This document shows, one piece after another, positions 28,773 through 39,020 of a stretch of 64,000 nucleotides of DNA (its first letter is position 1; each line of letters starts with the position of its first letter). Where the stretch lies: the NCBI GenBank assembly GCA_963727525.1, contig CAVSGO010000006.1:32001-96000 (forward strand), read 5' to 3'. Under the pieces are notes generated by a model that saw nothing but the letters and a program-made list of their open reading frames with translations, made no database searches and had not been told where the DNA came from. Origin of the DNA: an uncultured bacterium (GTDB lineage: Bacteria; Krumholzibacteriota; Krumholzibacteriia; LZORAL124-64-63). The position numbers were made by a program, and so were the translations under genes.

Positions 28773-30524
28773 CTATCGCACCTTCACCACCCGTCCCGTC
28801 GCGGTCTCGACACCCGCGGTGAGCCGGTAAAGGTAGACGCCGCTCGCCATCGTGGTGCCGGCACCATTGCGGCCGTCCCAGACGAGCGTGTGCGAGCCCG
28901 CGGCGCCGTCATTCGCGACGAGTGTGCGCACGCGGCGGCCGGCGAGGTCGAAGATGTCGAGGCGGGCGGCGCCGTCGCGCGGCTGGGCGAAGCGGATCGT
29001 CGTGGTGCCGCTGAAGGGCGTCACCGCGCCGAGGAGGCGCAGGCCGCTCTTGCCGGCCACGTCGGGGGCTGGCGTGAGGGTCAGCAGCTGGCCTACGGCG
29101 GCGCCAAGGTCGGGGCGCGGGCCGATCAACTTCACCGTGTCGAGGGCGGGGATGCCCGTGTCGTGCAGGAGCGCGCGCAGCATGGCTGGCGTGAGGGCCT
29201 GGCCGAGGTTGGCCTTGGCGATGCCCTGCAGGCAGAGGGCGCTGCCGGTGATCATGGGCGATGCTCCGGAGGTGCCGCCAAAATCACTGGTGTAGCGCGT
29301 GCGCTCGGAGCCGGCCGTGTAGAGGTCGCCGTAGCCGGTGGTGACGATCGCCGAGCCCCATGCGTGTACGTCCATGCGGCTGCCATAGTTGGTGAACCAC
29401 TCGGCCACGCGGCCCGTCGGTGTGCCGGCGCCCACCATGATGGCGCCCGAGTCGCGAACGTTGCGATCGAAGACGCCGTTCCAGGTGGGAGCGTCGAGGT
29501 CCTGGGACCCATTGGCGCCGGCCTCGACGCAGACCACGCCCTGCGACCAGCAGCCGGTCCAGATGACGTCGTAGTTCACCTGGAGCCACTCCATGGGCGT
29601 GGCGTCGCGGCTGGGCGGGAACATCTGCAGCTCGATGAGCCACACGTCGCCCGGTTGCAACTGGTCGACGGCTTCCTGGAAGTAGCTCGGCAGGGTGGGC
29701 CACTCGGCCCCGGGGATGCCGACGGTGCCCCACGCGACGTCGCCCGCGAAGCCGGTGACGCCGAAGCCGTTGTCCTGGGCGAGAATCTCGCCGAGCACCG
29801 CCGTACCGTGGTCGCGGTAGCCTTCGATGTCGTTGCTGAAGCCGCCCTGATAGAACTGGCGCAGCGTGTCGAAATCCTCGTGGTCCCACACCCAGTCGAG
29901 TTCCACGTCGACGAAGTGCATGCCCGCGCCGTGGCCGCCGGCCTGGGCCCAGGCGGCCGGAGCGGCCAGGCCCACGGGCGGATCATAGAGGTAGTCCTGC
30001 TGGCCCGTGAAATCGGGCGTGGGCAGCCACGCCGGCAGGAGGGGCTCCGCCACGGGGGCGATGACGGCGGGCTCGCACACCGGTGCCGGGTGCGCGATCT
30101 CCACCGCAGGCAACGCGTTGAGGGCGTTGATCACGTCGGCCAGGTGGGCGCGGCCGGTGGGAAGCTGCACGTCGTACCAGAGAGAGAGGTCGGGGCCGGT
30201 CTGGCCGCTGGCCAGTTCGCCCGCGTGCTTGCGCGCGCGCAGCACGTCAGGATCGCCGGCGAAGGTGCGACGCATGATGAGAGCATCGGCGAGGATATCG
30301 TTCACGTTGGAGAGATCACGCCCGGCCGTGTCGGCGAAGCGTCCGCTCGCGAGCGACACGCGGGAGCCCTCTACGAATTTCAGGTGGAGCCAGGCGGGGT
30401 CGAAGCGGTCGAGGCCGGCGGTCGTCCAGGTGACGACGGGGCCGACGGGGCGGGTGGCCGTATCGAGAGCCGCGGCGGGCAAGGCCACGAGCAGGGCGAG
30501 GGCGAGAAGCCAGGGATAGCGCAT
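28773..30524 (-). CDS. Secreted S8 (subtilisin-like) serine peptidase with FlgD-Ig C-terminal domain
   Basis: Catalytic triad motifs FVDVE, DHGTAVLG and GGTSGASP; oxyanion AGANG; C-terminal WDGRN...ASGVY. Confidence 0.9.
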   Translation of the reverse strand: MRYPWLLALALLVALPAAALDTATRPVGPVVTWTTAGLDRFDPAWLHLKFVEGSRVSLASGRFADTAGRDLSNVNDILADALIMRRTFAGDPDVLRARKHAGELASGQTGPDLSLWYDVQLPTGRAHLADVINALNALPAVEIAHPAPVCEPAVIAPVAEPLLPAWLPTPDFTGQQDYLYDPPVGLAAPAAWAQAGGHGAGMHFVDVELDWVWDHEDFDTLRQFYQGGFSNDIEGYRDHGTAVLGEILAQDNGFGVTGFAGDVAWGTVGIPGAEWPTLPSYFQEAVDQLQPGDVWLIELQMFPPSRDATPMEWLQVNYDVIWTGCWSQGVVCVEAGANGSQDLDAPTWNGVFDRNVRDSGAIMVGAGTPTGRVAEWFTNYGSRMDVHAWGSAIVTTGYGDLYTAGSERTRYTSDFGGTSGASPMITGSALCLQGIAKANLGQALTPAMLRALLHDTGIPALDTVKLIGPRPDLGAAVGQLLTLTPAPDVAGKSGLRLLGAVTPFSGTTTIRFAQPRDGAARLDIFDLAGRRVRTLVANDGAAGSHTLVWDGRNGAGTTMASGVYLYRLTAGVETATGRVVKVR

Positions 30525-30717
30525 CGTGAGCCTCCGGTTCGGGGGGCGGGGGGCAGGCATCGCGCCGGGATTATACCACGACGCGCGCCAGGTGCGCGAA
30601 GGAAACGAGACGAGGAAGGCATGCGATACGGTGAACACGGCGGACCTGGCCGGTCGTGGTGCCGGCGTCATCGCCGTCGACCTGCAGGTCACGGCGGTGC
30701 GCAGGATAGCGAATGGG

Positions 30718-31740
30718 CTACCCGATTTGCCCGCTGGCGTGGAGCTGTGCCGCCACACGGTAGAACGTGAAGGACGAGCACGTGGTGCCGCCGCAGACCT
30801 CGTCGAGCAGTCGGTCCTGCTTCAGGGCCACGAGGATGGCCTTGGCGATGTCGAGCGTGCAATCGTCGTCCCACTTCAGCTTCTTGGTCATGGCGCCATA
30901 GACCTTGGTGTCTGCCTGGAGCTGGTGCTTGATCTCGGCCAGTTCGTCGGCGCGGCGCATGGCCTCCATCATGAGGTGCACGGTGGGAACGGCGATCTCG
31001 ACGGCGCTCACGGAATCAGGGTCCGACTCGGCCTGACTGCGGAAATAGAACTCTCCGTCGTCGCGGTGCAGGAAGATCTCGTGGAAAGCCTCCTCGCCCT
31101 CGAGTCCGGCGCAGCGGGCGCGATCGACCTGGCCGCCACGCAGCAGCACCTGGGCGAAGATCTCCTGCGTATCGTTCACCATGGCGAGGAGGCCGGTCTG
31201 GCCGGAATTGATGAGCGTCTGCACGACCGTGGGCATGTCGAAGTAACGGAGCTTGCCCGTCAGCTCGCGCCGTCGCGCCTGGCGCCGCATGTGGGTGATC
31301 ATGTCCTGCAGACGCCGCGCGAACATGCGGGTCAGCTCCATGCCGTAGTCCGGAATGTCGCGCGCGAGCTGGTCGAACTGGGCGCGCGTGAGCGACCACA
31401 CCCGGGCGTACTCGGGCACGCGACCGTCGGAACGGCGCGGGCTGCCGGTGAACAGGGCCATGTCGCCGATCAGCTCGCCGGGCGTGATGTAGGCCACCGG
31501 GACGGGCTCGGGACTCTCGGCGGTCGAACGTACGATCTCGATGGCGCCGTCGAGCAGCAGGTGCACGCAATCCGACGCTTCGCGGGTACGGAACAGGTAC
31601 TCGCCCCGCTGGTACTCCTGGATCTGTCCCGCCGCGGCCGTTTCGCGGACCATGGCCTCGGACAGCATCTCGAACAGTTCGGTATTGCGAAGGGCATCAA
31701 TGATTTCCTGGAGTTCGCAGGTCACGGTCTTCATCGCCAT
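30718..31740 (-). CDS. Cyclic-nucleotide-binding domain + DUF4388 (PatA-N-like) protein
   Basis: cNMP motif PGELIGDMALFTGSPRRSD; LTGKLRYFDMPTVVQTL...TG; LMMEAMRRADE. Confidence 0.82.
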   Translation of the reverse strand: MAMKTVTCELQEIIDALRNTELFEMLSEAMVRETAAAGQIQEYQRGEYLFRTREASDCVHLLLDGAIEIVRSTAESPEPVPVAYITPGELIGDMALFTGSPRRSDGRVPEYARVWSLTRAQFDQLARDIPDYGMELTRMFARRLQDMITHMRRQARRRELTGKLRYFDMPTVVQTLINSGQTGLLAMVNDTQEIFAQVLLRGGQVDRARCAGLEGEEAFHEIFLHRDDGEFYFRSQAESDPDSVSAVEIAVPTVHLMMEAMRRADELAEIKHQLQADTKVYGAMTKKLKWDDDCTLDIAKAILVALKQDRLLDEVCGGTTCSSFTFYRVAAQLHASGQIG

Positions 31741-32003
31741 ACTCCTCTGCCATGACGTCGGATCCGCCCGCGGGGCGATCGGTTGTGCCGTATGTCCGCC
31801 CGGTCAGGTTCGGCAGCTCGTACGGGCATGTTAGGAATATCGAGCGCGATGGAAACCTCAGTAAGCAATGCCTTTACTCGATTTTCACTAAGGTCCGACG
31901 TCGAGTAGCCGATCGCTGAGGTCATGATTAGCCCGGGGGGCTGGGAGAGGCAGCAGATCGTTATGCCATACGCGCGGGATCTCGAAGCCATGTCGGTGCT
32001 GTG

Positions 32004-33992
32004 ATGGGGACTCCGTCCACCAGCACCCACGAACTCTCGACCGCCGTCGATCCCCAGGCGGCAGCCGACCTCATGGCCGCGATCGAGCGCGTGTTCAAGA
32101 TCGGTGTCTATTACCCATCCGGTCACGCCCTCTGCGACCAGGCGGCCGACGTGTTTCTCACCGCGCTGGGCCGTGTGGTCGGCAAGGCGCCCACGTTGCG
32201 ATTCAAGCTGAGCCAGGATGTCCTCACCGTGCAGGGGTTCGAACTGGACCCGACGCTCCGCGGCGTGCAGGGCTTCCGCGACCTCCTGAAGGAACTGGGC
32301 GTGGCGGCGGTCGACGTCGACAGCACCGTGGATGCGGCCGACCTGCACGTCTTCGTCACGCAGCTCCTCGCCTATCGCAATCGCGTGAAGGGCACCCATT
32401 CCTTCCAGCAGGTGGTCGTGGAGGGCATGCCGCCCACCATCGGCGTGGAGCATCTCGAATTCATCGCGCGCGAGGTCTACGGCGACGAGAATACCGAGGG
32501 CGGCGACCCTTCGAACCCCAGCGTCGAGGCGTTGCTCGCCACGCTCGCCCGGCATGGACTCGGTCCCGAGGAGATCGATCGCTGCCGCCGCCTGCTGGAA
32601 TCCATCCCTGGGTACCTCGAGAACCGTGAGGGCGGCGGTGGGGCGCTCCCGCACGTGACCTGGGCCGACGTGGAGGCGCTGCTGGTGCGGGCGGCGCGAG
32701 AGCCGATCGACCCCGAGAGGTCCGGGGCGACCGGACGGCGCTCGTCGCACGCGAGTCTGGACGCGCTGGCCGCGATCTTCGAGGCCCTGGGCAAGCGCGT
32801 GAAGACATCGGGATCGCGCGAGGCCATCGACCTGTTGCTCTCGATCTCGCGACGCGACGAGGCGGCGACCGACGCGAACGCCAGCGAGAACGCGCCTTCG
32901 CCGGCGTCGCCCACGCCGCCGCCGAAACCGGCGCCGCCGCGTGAGGCGCAGGAGGCGCCGCTGAGCGCGCTGTACGATCAACTCGCCGCGTGCCGTGCGG
33001 CTGCGCCCGGGACGCCGACGCTGGCAACCGCCAATCGCTGCGAGGACCTCACGATCCTGTTCCAGATGTTCACACGGGATCAGACGCCGCAGGCCCAGCT
33101 GCGGATCCAGAAGAGGATCCGCGACATCCTGCGCACGCCCCTGCAATCGTCGGAGTGGGACGTCGTGGTCGCCGGTACGCGCCAGCTCGTGGAGCTGGAC
33201 GACCGGGAACACCTCACCGGGCCGCTGCGCATGGTGCTCGAGGCGCTGCGCGCCTCGGAATTCGCTTCGACATTGCGATACCTCGCCGACATCGGCCGCG
33301 GCCTCACGCCCGAACGATTCATGGTGGTGTGGCCCCACCTCGTCAACGAATTGCTCATCGGAGGCCCCGGCGCCGATCCCGAAGTCTTCGCCGAGGTTGG
33401 CGCCATGGTTTGCCGCCCGACGCATGCGGACATGGAGACGGCGTTGCCGATGCTGGAGTCGCTGGACGCGTTGCGGGATCGTCGCTGCGCGCGTGCGCTC
33501 TTCTCGCCGCCGCCGGTGGAACTGTATCCGGTGTTCGCGGCGCTGCTGCAGTCGCCACATGCCCCGTTCATCGGCAATCTTCTGCTCAGTGGCATGCGTT
33601 TCCGACCGCTCAACTGGTTGAGCGAATCGGTGCTACCCTTGCTCGGACATTTCCAGCCGCAACATCGGCGATTCCTGGTCGACCTGCTCAATCTCGGCGC
33701 CCTCGATACGCCGCCCCGCAGCACGGCCGAGATGGCCGGCAAGATCATCGCCGTTGCCCTGCCGCAGCTTCCGCGCTCGCGTCGCAACGAACCGTGGGTG
33801 GCGACGTCGGTGCGCGCACTCGGAAAGCTCCCGACGCCCCGCGCCGGTCGAGTACTGCGTCAGATCGTCCGGGCCAGGCGGCTCTGGCTGATCCCGGAAT
33901 GGCCGGATGCCGCGCGGCAAGCGGCGCGCCAGACGCTCGACCGTTTCCACGCGCTGACTGACGACGAGATCGATGAGACACCGAAAGAGTGA
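32004..33992 (+). CDS. Hypothetical helical (HEAT-like) protein, partner of the HD-GYP gene
   Basis: Long ORF with normal codon bias; N-terminal Y-P-x-G-H module; C-terminal VRALGKL..ARQAARQTL helical repeat; abuts the HD-GYP gene. Confidence 0.7.
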   Translation: MGTPSTSTHELSTAVDPQAAADLMAAIERVFKIGVYYPSGHALCDQAADVFLTALGRVVGKAPTLRFKLSQDVLTVQGFELDPTLRGVQGFRDLLKELGVAAVDVDSTVDAADLHVFVTQLLAYRNRVKGTHSFQQVVVEGMPPTIGVEHLEFIAREVYGDENTEGGDPSNPSVEALLATLARHGLGPEEIDRCRRLLESIPGYLENREGGGGALPHVTWADVEALLVRAAREPIDPERSGATGRRSSHASLDALAAIFEALGKRVKTSGSREAIDLLLSISRRDEAATDANASENAPSPASPTPPPKPAPPREAQEAPLSALYDQLAACRAAAPGTPTLATANRCEDLTILFQMFTRDQTPQAQLRIQKRIRDILRTPLQSSEWDVVVAGTRQLVELDDREHLTGPLRMVLEALRASEFASTLRYLADIGRGLTPERFMVVWPHLVNELLIGGPGADPEVFAEVGAMVCRPTHADMETALPMLESLDALRDRRCARALFSPPPVELYPVFAALLQSPHAPFIGNLLLSGMRFRPLNWLSESVLPLLGHFQPQHRRFLVDLLNLGALDTPPRSTAEMAGKIIAVALPQLPRSRRNEPWVATSVRALGKLPTPRAGRVLRQIVRARRLWLIPEWPDAARQAARQTLDRFHALTDDEIDETPKE

Positions 33993-35381
33993 GTGACCAT
34001 GCAAGGAAATCTCGACAAGCTCGTCATCCTGCTCAGCAGCGGCTTCGCGCAGCGTCGCCTCTACTTCGCCGACCACCCGAAGGTGGCCGGCCATAGCCGG
34101 GAGTTCGTCGCTCAGCTCGGTCGTTATCTCGACGAGGTCGATCAGGACGAGATCTTCCTCGGCGTGATCGACGGCAAACTCGTCCACAATGGCCGTTACC
34201 TAATCGGACCGAGCATCGCCGGCGGCCCGCTCATCGAATTCGTGACCCGCATGCACGGTGGTGGACTCGCCTTCACGCGCCTCACCACGGATGCCGAGGT
34301 GCGGGCTCTCTTCTCCATGGCGGCGGAGCTGCGCGAACCGACGTCGGGCCTGACGGAGGCGCGGGCACTGCTGGCATCACGCGGCATCACCACCATTCAC
34401 GTGGCGGCACCATACCATGAGGCATCCGGCCTGATGCCGGAGGACGCCCAGGTCTCGTGGCAGGGCAAGGATCAGGGCGGCGGGGGGCTCGAATCGCCGT
34501 TGCTCGTCTATCAGGCGCTCTTCGATGTCGTCACGGCCGCCCACGGCAATGCGTCGCTGAGTCGTGCGCTGGATATCGAGAGCACGCGTTCGGTGAGCGA
34601 GTATCTCCTGCACAGCACTCGTGCCAACTTCACCGACATCATGCATCTGATGCATTACCCGGACTTCGATTCTTACACGGTGGGGCATTCGGTACGCGTG
34701 GCCACGCTGGCCGTGTTCGCGGGCGACCGGCTCGGATTGTCCGACGAGCACCTCCTCGATCTGGGCACCGCCGGACTGCTGCACGATGTCGGCAAGAGCA
34801 AGATCCCCGACGAGATCCTCTACAAGCCCGGCCGCCTCGACGCCGGCGAATTCGCGATCATGCAATCCCACGCGGCCATCGGCGCGGAGATCCTGCTCGA
34901 GCACAAGACCGCCACGCAGCTCGACGTCGCCGCGGCCTGGGGACACCACATCCGTCACGACGGCGGCGGTTACCCCAAGACGCCACCGTGGGGCGCGCGC
35001 AACAAGATCACGGCGCTCTTGCAGATCTGCGACGTCTTCGAGGCGTTGACGGCGGTACGTCCCTACAAGGCGCCGATGACACCACGCACCGCGTTCGAGA
35101 TCATGCTGAAAGACCAGGGCGCCTTCGATCCTGGTCTGCTGGCCGTATTCGTGAACACGCTGGGTCTCTACCCGCCCGGAAACGTCGTACGCCTCAACGA
35201 CGGCACCTACGGCAGCGTTGTCGCCGCCACCGCCGACATCGAACGTCCACGGGTTCGCTTGACGCACGACCCCGAGGGCAAGCCGCTCCCCGACGAGAGC
35301 CGGGTCGAGTGCGACCTCACGAGCACGCCGGAGTGCAGCGTGGCCGAGCTCGTCCTCGAGCCGGACACGGTGCTGGCCTGA
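33993..35381 (+). CDS. HD-GYP domain cyclic-dinucleotide phosphodiesterase
   Basis: Motifs YTVGHSVRV, LLHDVGKSKIP, HHIRHDGGGYP and DVFEALTAVRPYK. Confidence 0.92.
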   Translation: MTMQGNLDKLVILLSSGFAQRRLYFADHPKVAGHSREFVAQLGRYLDEVDQDEIFLGVIDGKLVHNGRYLIGPSIAGGPLIEFVTRMHGGGLAFTRLTTDAEVRALFSMAAELREPTSGLTEARALLASRGITTIHVAAPYHEASGLMPEDAQVSWQGKDQGGGGLESPLLVYQALFDVVTAAHGNASLSRALDIESTRSVSEYLLHSTRANFTDIMHLMHYPDFDSYTVGHSVRVATLAVFAGDRLGLSDEHLLDLGTAGLLHDVGKSKIPDEILYKPGRLDAGEFAIMQSHAAIGAEILLEHKTATQLDVAAAWGHHIRHDGGGYPKTPPWGARNKITALLQICDVFEALTAVRPYKAPMTPRTAFEIMLKDQGAFDPGLLAVFVNTLGLYPPGNVVRLNDGTYGSVVAATADIERPRVRLTHDPEGKPLPDESRVECDLTSTPECSVAELVLEPDTVLA

Positions 35382-35487
35382 GTCGCGCCTTGCTGGGCTC
35401 GCACGCGCCGTGGTAGAGTGAGTCGACGCGGCCGATGCCCGGCCGTCCCGTCAACGGCGTCTATCTCGAGAGCCAGGATCGTTGGTC

Positions 35488-36369
35488 ATGGTTCGCGTTT
35501 CGCGGGTATTCCTCGTCGCTCTCGCGGGCTTCGTTCTGGCTGCGGCCCCAGCCGTCGCGGCGGTGTCGGCGGCCGATGCCGACTCGGTGGACATCGCATT
35601 CGTACTCATACCCGCGGGATCCTACGTGAGCGGTAGCCCGGGCGACGAGTGGGGAAGCCGTGTCGACGAGAAACAGCACCGCGTCACGTTGAGCCACGCG
35701 TTCTACCTCTCGACGACGGAGATCACCCAGACAATGTGGCGCGCGGTCATGGGCAACAACCCGAGCTATCTCTACGATTGCCCGCGATGCCCCGTGGAAG
35801 GCCTGAGCTGGTTCGACGCGATCGCCTTCTGCAACGCATTCTCGCAGCAAGCCGGTTTGGCGCCGGTCTACGCGATCCGCGACACACTCGTCACGTGGGA
35901 CCGCACTGCCGACGGCTACCGTCTGCCGACCGAGGCGGAATGGGAGTATGCGTGTCGTGCCGGCAGCGCCACGGCGTTCCACACGGGCGACTGCCTCGGT
36001 ACCGACAAGGCGAACTACAAGGGCTATGAACCGCAGGAAGGCTGCGCCAGCGGTCTCTGGCGCGGCCAGACGATCGACGTCGGGTCGTTTGCCGCCAATA
36101 ACTGGGAGCTCTGCGACATGCACGGAAACGTCGGGGAATGGTGCTGGGACCGCTGGGACTTCTATCCGGACACCGCCACGGTGGATCCAGCCGGACCGGA
36201 CCGCGGCGACGAGCGGGTCATCCGCGGCGGCAACTTCGATCGGCCGGCCTGGGACTGCCGTTCGGCCGCGCGCACCATGGCCCGTCCCCGGGCGTGGTTC
36301 CGGGATGTGGGCGTACGTCTCGCGCGTACGGCCTTCACGGCGGCAGACATCCAGGGGGGCAGCCCATGA
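35488..36369 (+). CDS. Exported FGE-sulfatase (SUMF1-fold) domain protein
   Basis: Motifs TEITQ, YRLPTEAEWEYACRAG, DMHGNVGEW, RVIRGG and GVRLAR; signal peptide. Confidence 0.9.
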   Translation: MVRVSRVFLVALAGFVLAAAPAVAAVSAADADSVDIAFVLIPAGSYVSGSPGDEWGSRVDEKQHRVTLSHAFYLSTTEITQTMWRAVMGNNPSYLYDCPRCPVEGLSWFDAIAFCNAFSQQAGLAPVYAIRDTLVTWDRTADGYRLPTEAEWEYACRAGSATAFHTGDCLGTDKANYKGYEPQEGCASGLWRGQTIDVGSFAANNWELCDMHGNVGEWCWDRWDFYPDTATVDPAGPDRGDERVIRGGNFDRPAWDCRSAARTMARPRAWFRDVGVRLARTAFTAADIQGGSP

Positions 36370-37760
36370 GCGACGTCTCACGCCGCGACGCGTTGAAACT
36401 GATCGGCGCCGGCGCCGCCGCGCTGACGCTGCCTCGGCTGCTCGGATGCGGCGCCAAAGATATTGCGGGGCGACGCCCCAACGTCGTCGTCATCCTCGCG
36501 GACGACCTGCGCTACGACGCCATCGGCTGCGCCGGAGATCGGCGCTTGCAGACGCCGAACATCGACCGCCTCGCCGGCGAAGGCGTGCGCTTCACGAACG
36601 CATTCGTGACCACGAGTCTCTGCAGCCCGTCGCGCGCGGCCTTTCTCACCGGTTGCTACGCCCATACCCAGGGCGTCTTCTACAACGAGATGCGCGATCC
36701 CCTGCCGTCGGTGCCCATGTTTCCCGAGCTGCTGCAACGCGCGGGCTACGAGACGGCGTTCGTCGGCAAGTGGCATATGCTGCGACGCGCCACGCCGAGA
36801 CGCGGCTTCGATCACTGGGTGGCGTTCAATGGTCAGGGCGCGTACTTCCGGAATACCCTGAACGTCGACGGCGACTGGGTCTACTCCGAGAACTATATCA
36901 CCGACGAGCTCACGTCCCGCGCCGTGAACTACCTGGTGCGGGACCACGAGAAGCCGTTCTTCCTCATGCTCAGCCACAAGGCCGTGCACGCGCCATTCGT
37001 GCCGGCGCCGCGCCATGCGAATCGCTACGGCGACGTGACCTACACGTCCCGGGACGACAGTCGCGACCGGCTCGATGCCAAACCCGCCTGGGGTGGACGT
37101 GCCGCGGACGAGAACGTCGCTTCCGAGATGCGGAATTACCACCGCACGGTGCTGGGCATCGACGAGAGCGTGGGCACGATACGTGCCACCCTGCAGGAGC
37201 AGGGCGTGCTCGATGACACACTGGTGGTCTTTACCAGCGACAACGGCTACCTGTTCGGCGAGCACGGCGGACTCATGGACAAGCGTGCGGCCTACGAGCC
37301 GTCGATCCGTATCCCGCTGATCCTGCGCTACCCGCCCCAGGGGGGCGCCGGAACGATCTGCGACGGGCTGGCGTTGAACATCGATCTCGCTCCCACCCTG
37401 GTCGAGCTGGCGGGCGCGCCGGCTTCCCCGACCATACAGGGCCAGAGCCTGATTCCGCTACTGCGCGGGGAGCCGGGTCGCGATGCGTTCCTCTACGAGT
37501 ACTTTCATGAACTGGGCACCGTGCCCACGGCGCTGGCGGTTCGTACGCGCGAATGGAAGTACGTCACGTATCCCGACGACCCGGACCTGCCGTCCGAACT
37601 GTACGACCTGCGGGCCGACCCCGGCGAGCTACGCAACCTCGCCGACCAGGCGACGCTCTCCGAAAAGCAGACCGAACTCGAGGAACGCCTGGCCGCCCTG
37701 CTCCGTGCGACGAACTTCAGAATGCCGGGACCACCGCGCCGCTCGCTGAGTCAGGGGTGA
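36366..37760 (+). CDS. Cys-type sulfatase with Tat (lipo)protein signal
   Basis: Tat motif SRRDALK; lipobox-like LLGC; RPNVVVILADD; active-site CSPSRAAFLTG; GKWH. Confidence 0.95.
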   Translation: MSDVSRRDALKLIGAGAAALTLPRLLGCGAKDIAGRRPNVVVILADDLRYDAIGCAGDRRLQTPNIDRLAGEGVRFTNAFVTTSLCSPSRAAFLTGCYAHTQGVFYNEMRDPLPSVPMFPELLQRAGYETAFVGKWHMLRRATPRRGFDHWVAFNGQGAYFRNTLNVDGDWVYSENYITDELTSRAVNYLVRDHEKPFFLMLSHKAVHAPFVPAPRHANRYGDVTYTSRDDSRDRLDAKPAWGGRAADENVASEMRNYHRTVLGIDESVGTIRATLQEQGVLDDTLVVFTSDNGYLFGEHGGLMDKRAAYEPSIRIPLILRYPPQGGAGTICDGLALNIDLAPTLVELAGAPASPTIQGQSLIPLLRGEPGRDAFLYEYFHELGTVPTALAVRTREWKYVTYPDDPDLPSELYDLRADPGELRNLADQATLSEKQTELEERLAALLRATNFRMPGPPRRSLSQG

Positions 37761-37762
37761 TC

Positions 37763-38989
37763 ATGAACGCGCAACCATTCACGCTCCTCGTCAAGCCGGC
37801 TGGAGCCGCCTGCAACCTGCATTGCGCCTACTGCTTCTACTTGCCAACGGCACAGCTCCATGCGCACGAAACCCACCGCTGCATGACCCCGCTGATCCTG
37901 CGCCGACTCGTCACCGGCTACCTGGCCACGCGTCAACCGGTGTACGGCTTCTGCTGGCAGGGGGGCGAACCGACGCTGATGGGCCTCGATTTCTACGTGC
38001 AGGCCACGAAGCTGCAGGAGCGCCTCGGCCGCACCGGTCAGCTCGTGAGCAACAGCCTGCAGACCAACGCGCTGCTGATCGACGACGCTTGGGCCGAACA
38101 CCTCGCGCGCTATCGCTTCCTCGTGGGGTGCAGCCTCGATGGCCCCGCGGCGATGCACGATCGGTACCGCACGGCCGCCAATGGCGAGGCGAGCCACGCG
38201 CGCGTGCTGCACGGGATACGAACGTTGCAACGCCACGGCGTGGCCGTGAATGTGCTCGTGCTGGTGAGTCAGGCCAACGTGCGCCGTGCCGGCGAGGTGT
38301 TCGGCTACTTGCGCGATCTCGGACTCCTGCACCAGCAGTACATCCCATGTCTCGACGTCGACGACGATGGGGCGCCGCGGCCGTATGCGATCGGCAGCGA
38401 GGAATGGGGCGCGTTCCTCGACGCGCTCTTCGTGGCCTGGGCGGCCGACGGGGAACGCGCCGCGATCCGCAATCTCGACGCTCTCGTGGGCCAGCTTCTG
38501 GGCGATCCCCCCGCGGAATGCACGCTGGGGCAGGACTGTCGACAATACGTGGTGGTGGAGCACAACGGCGCCATCTATCCCTGCGATTTCTATGTGCGCG
38601 AGGACCTGTGCCTGGGCAACGTGATGGACGTAGCGTGGGACACCGTGCTGGCGTCACCGGCGCATCGCCGGTTCGGGGCGACCAAGGCTGCCTGGCCCGA
38701 GGCGTGCGCCACCTGCGATTGCCTCGACCTCTGCGCCGGTGGCTGTCCGCGGCACCGCACGGGCAGTGCGGCCGAACCCAGCCGGCTTTGTGCGGGTTTG
38801 CGCGGATTCCTGCGCGTGCGGCGGGAAGAATTGACGCGGATCGCGGCCCGGCGCGCCGGCGAACGCGCCGCCCGCCCCTTCGCGGTCATGACCGGTGCCA
38901 GAGCAGGCGGCGCGGCCGTCCAGTCCCGCAACGAACCGTGCCCGTGCGGCAGCGGGCGCAAGTTCAAGAAGTGCTGCGGCGGCGGTTGA
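37763..38989 (+). CDS. Anaerobic sulfatase maturase (radical SAM/SPASM) with C-terminal SEC-C motif
   Basis: KPAGAACNLHCAYCFY; WQGGEPTL; YPCDF; SPASM cysteines; RNEPCPCGSGRKFKKCC. Confidence 0.93.
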   Translation: MNAQPFTLLVKPAGAACNLHCAYCFYLPTAQLHAHETHRCMTPLILRRLVTGYLATRQPVYGFCWQGGEPTLMGLDFYVQATKLQERLGRTGQLVSNSLQTNALLIDDAWAEHLARYRFLVGCSLDGPAAMHDRYRTAANGEASHARVLHGIRTLQRHGVAVNVLVLVSQANVRRAGEVFGYLRDLGLLHQQYIPCLDVDDDGAPRPYAIGSEEWGAFLDALFVAWAADGERAAIRNLDALVGQLLGDPPAECTLGQDCRQYVVVEHNGAIYPCDFYVREDLCLGNVMDVAWDTVLASPAHRRFGATKAAWPEACATCDCLDLCAGGCPRHRTGSAAEPSRLCAGLRGFLRVRREELTRIAARRAGERAARPFAVMTGARAGGAAVQSRNEPCPCGSGRKFKKCCGGG

Positions 38990-39020
38990 GCACCACCGCC
39001 GCCGCACCACCGTACGCGCG

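Noticed and set aside
31741-32003. Possible c-di-GMP riboswitch upstream of the HD-GYP operon
   Set aside because: I could not find the GEMM hallmarks by eye; an Infernal/Rfam scan would be needed.
35488-36369. Bona fide aerobic formylglycine-generating enzyme
   Set aside because: The catalytic Cys pair is absent and the protein appears to be exported.
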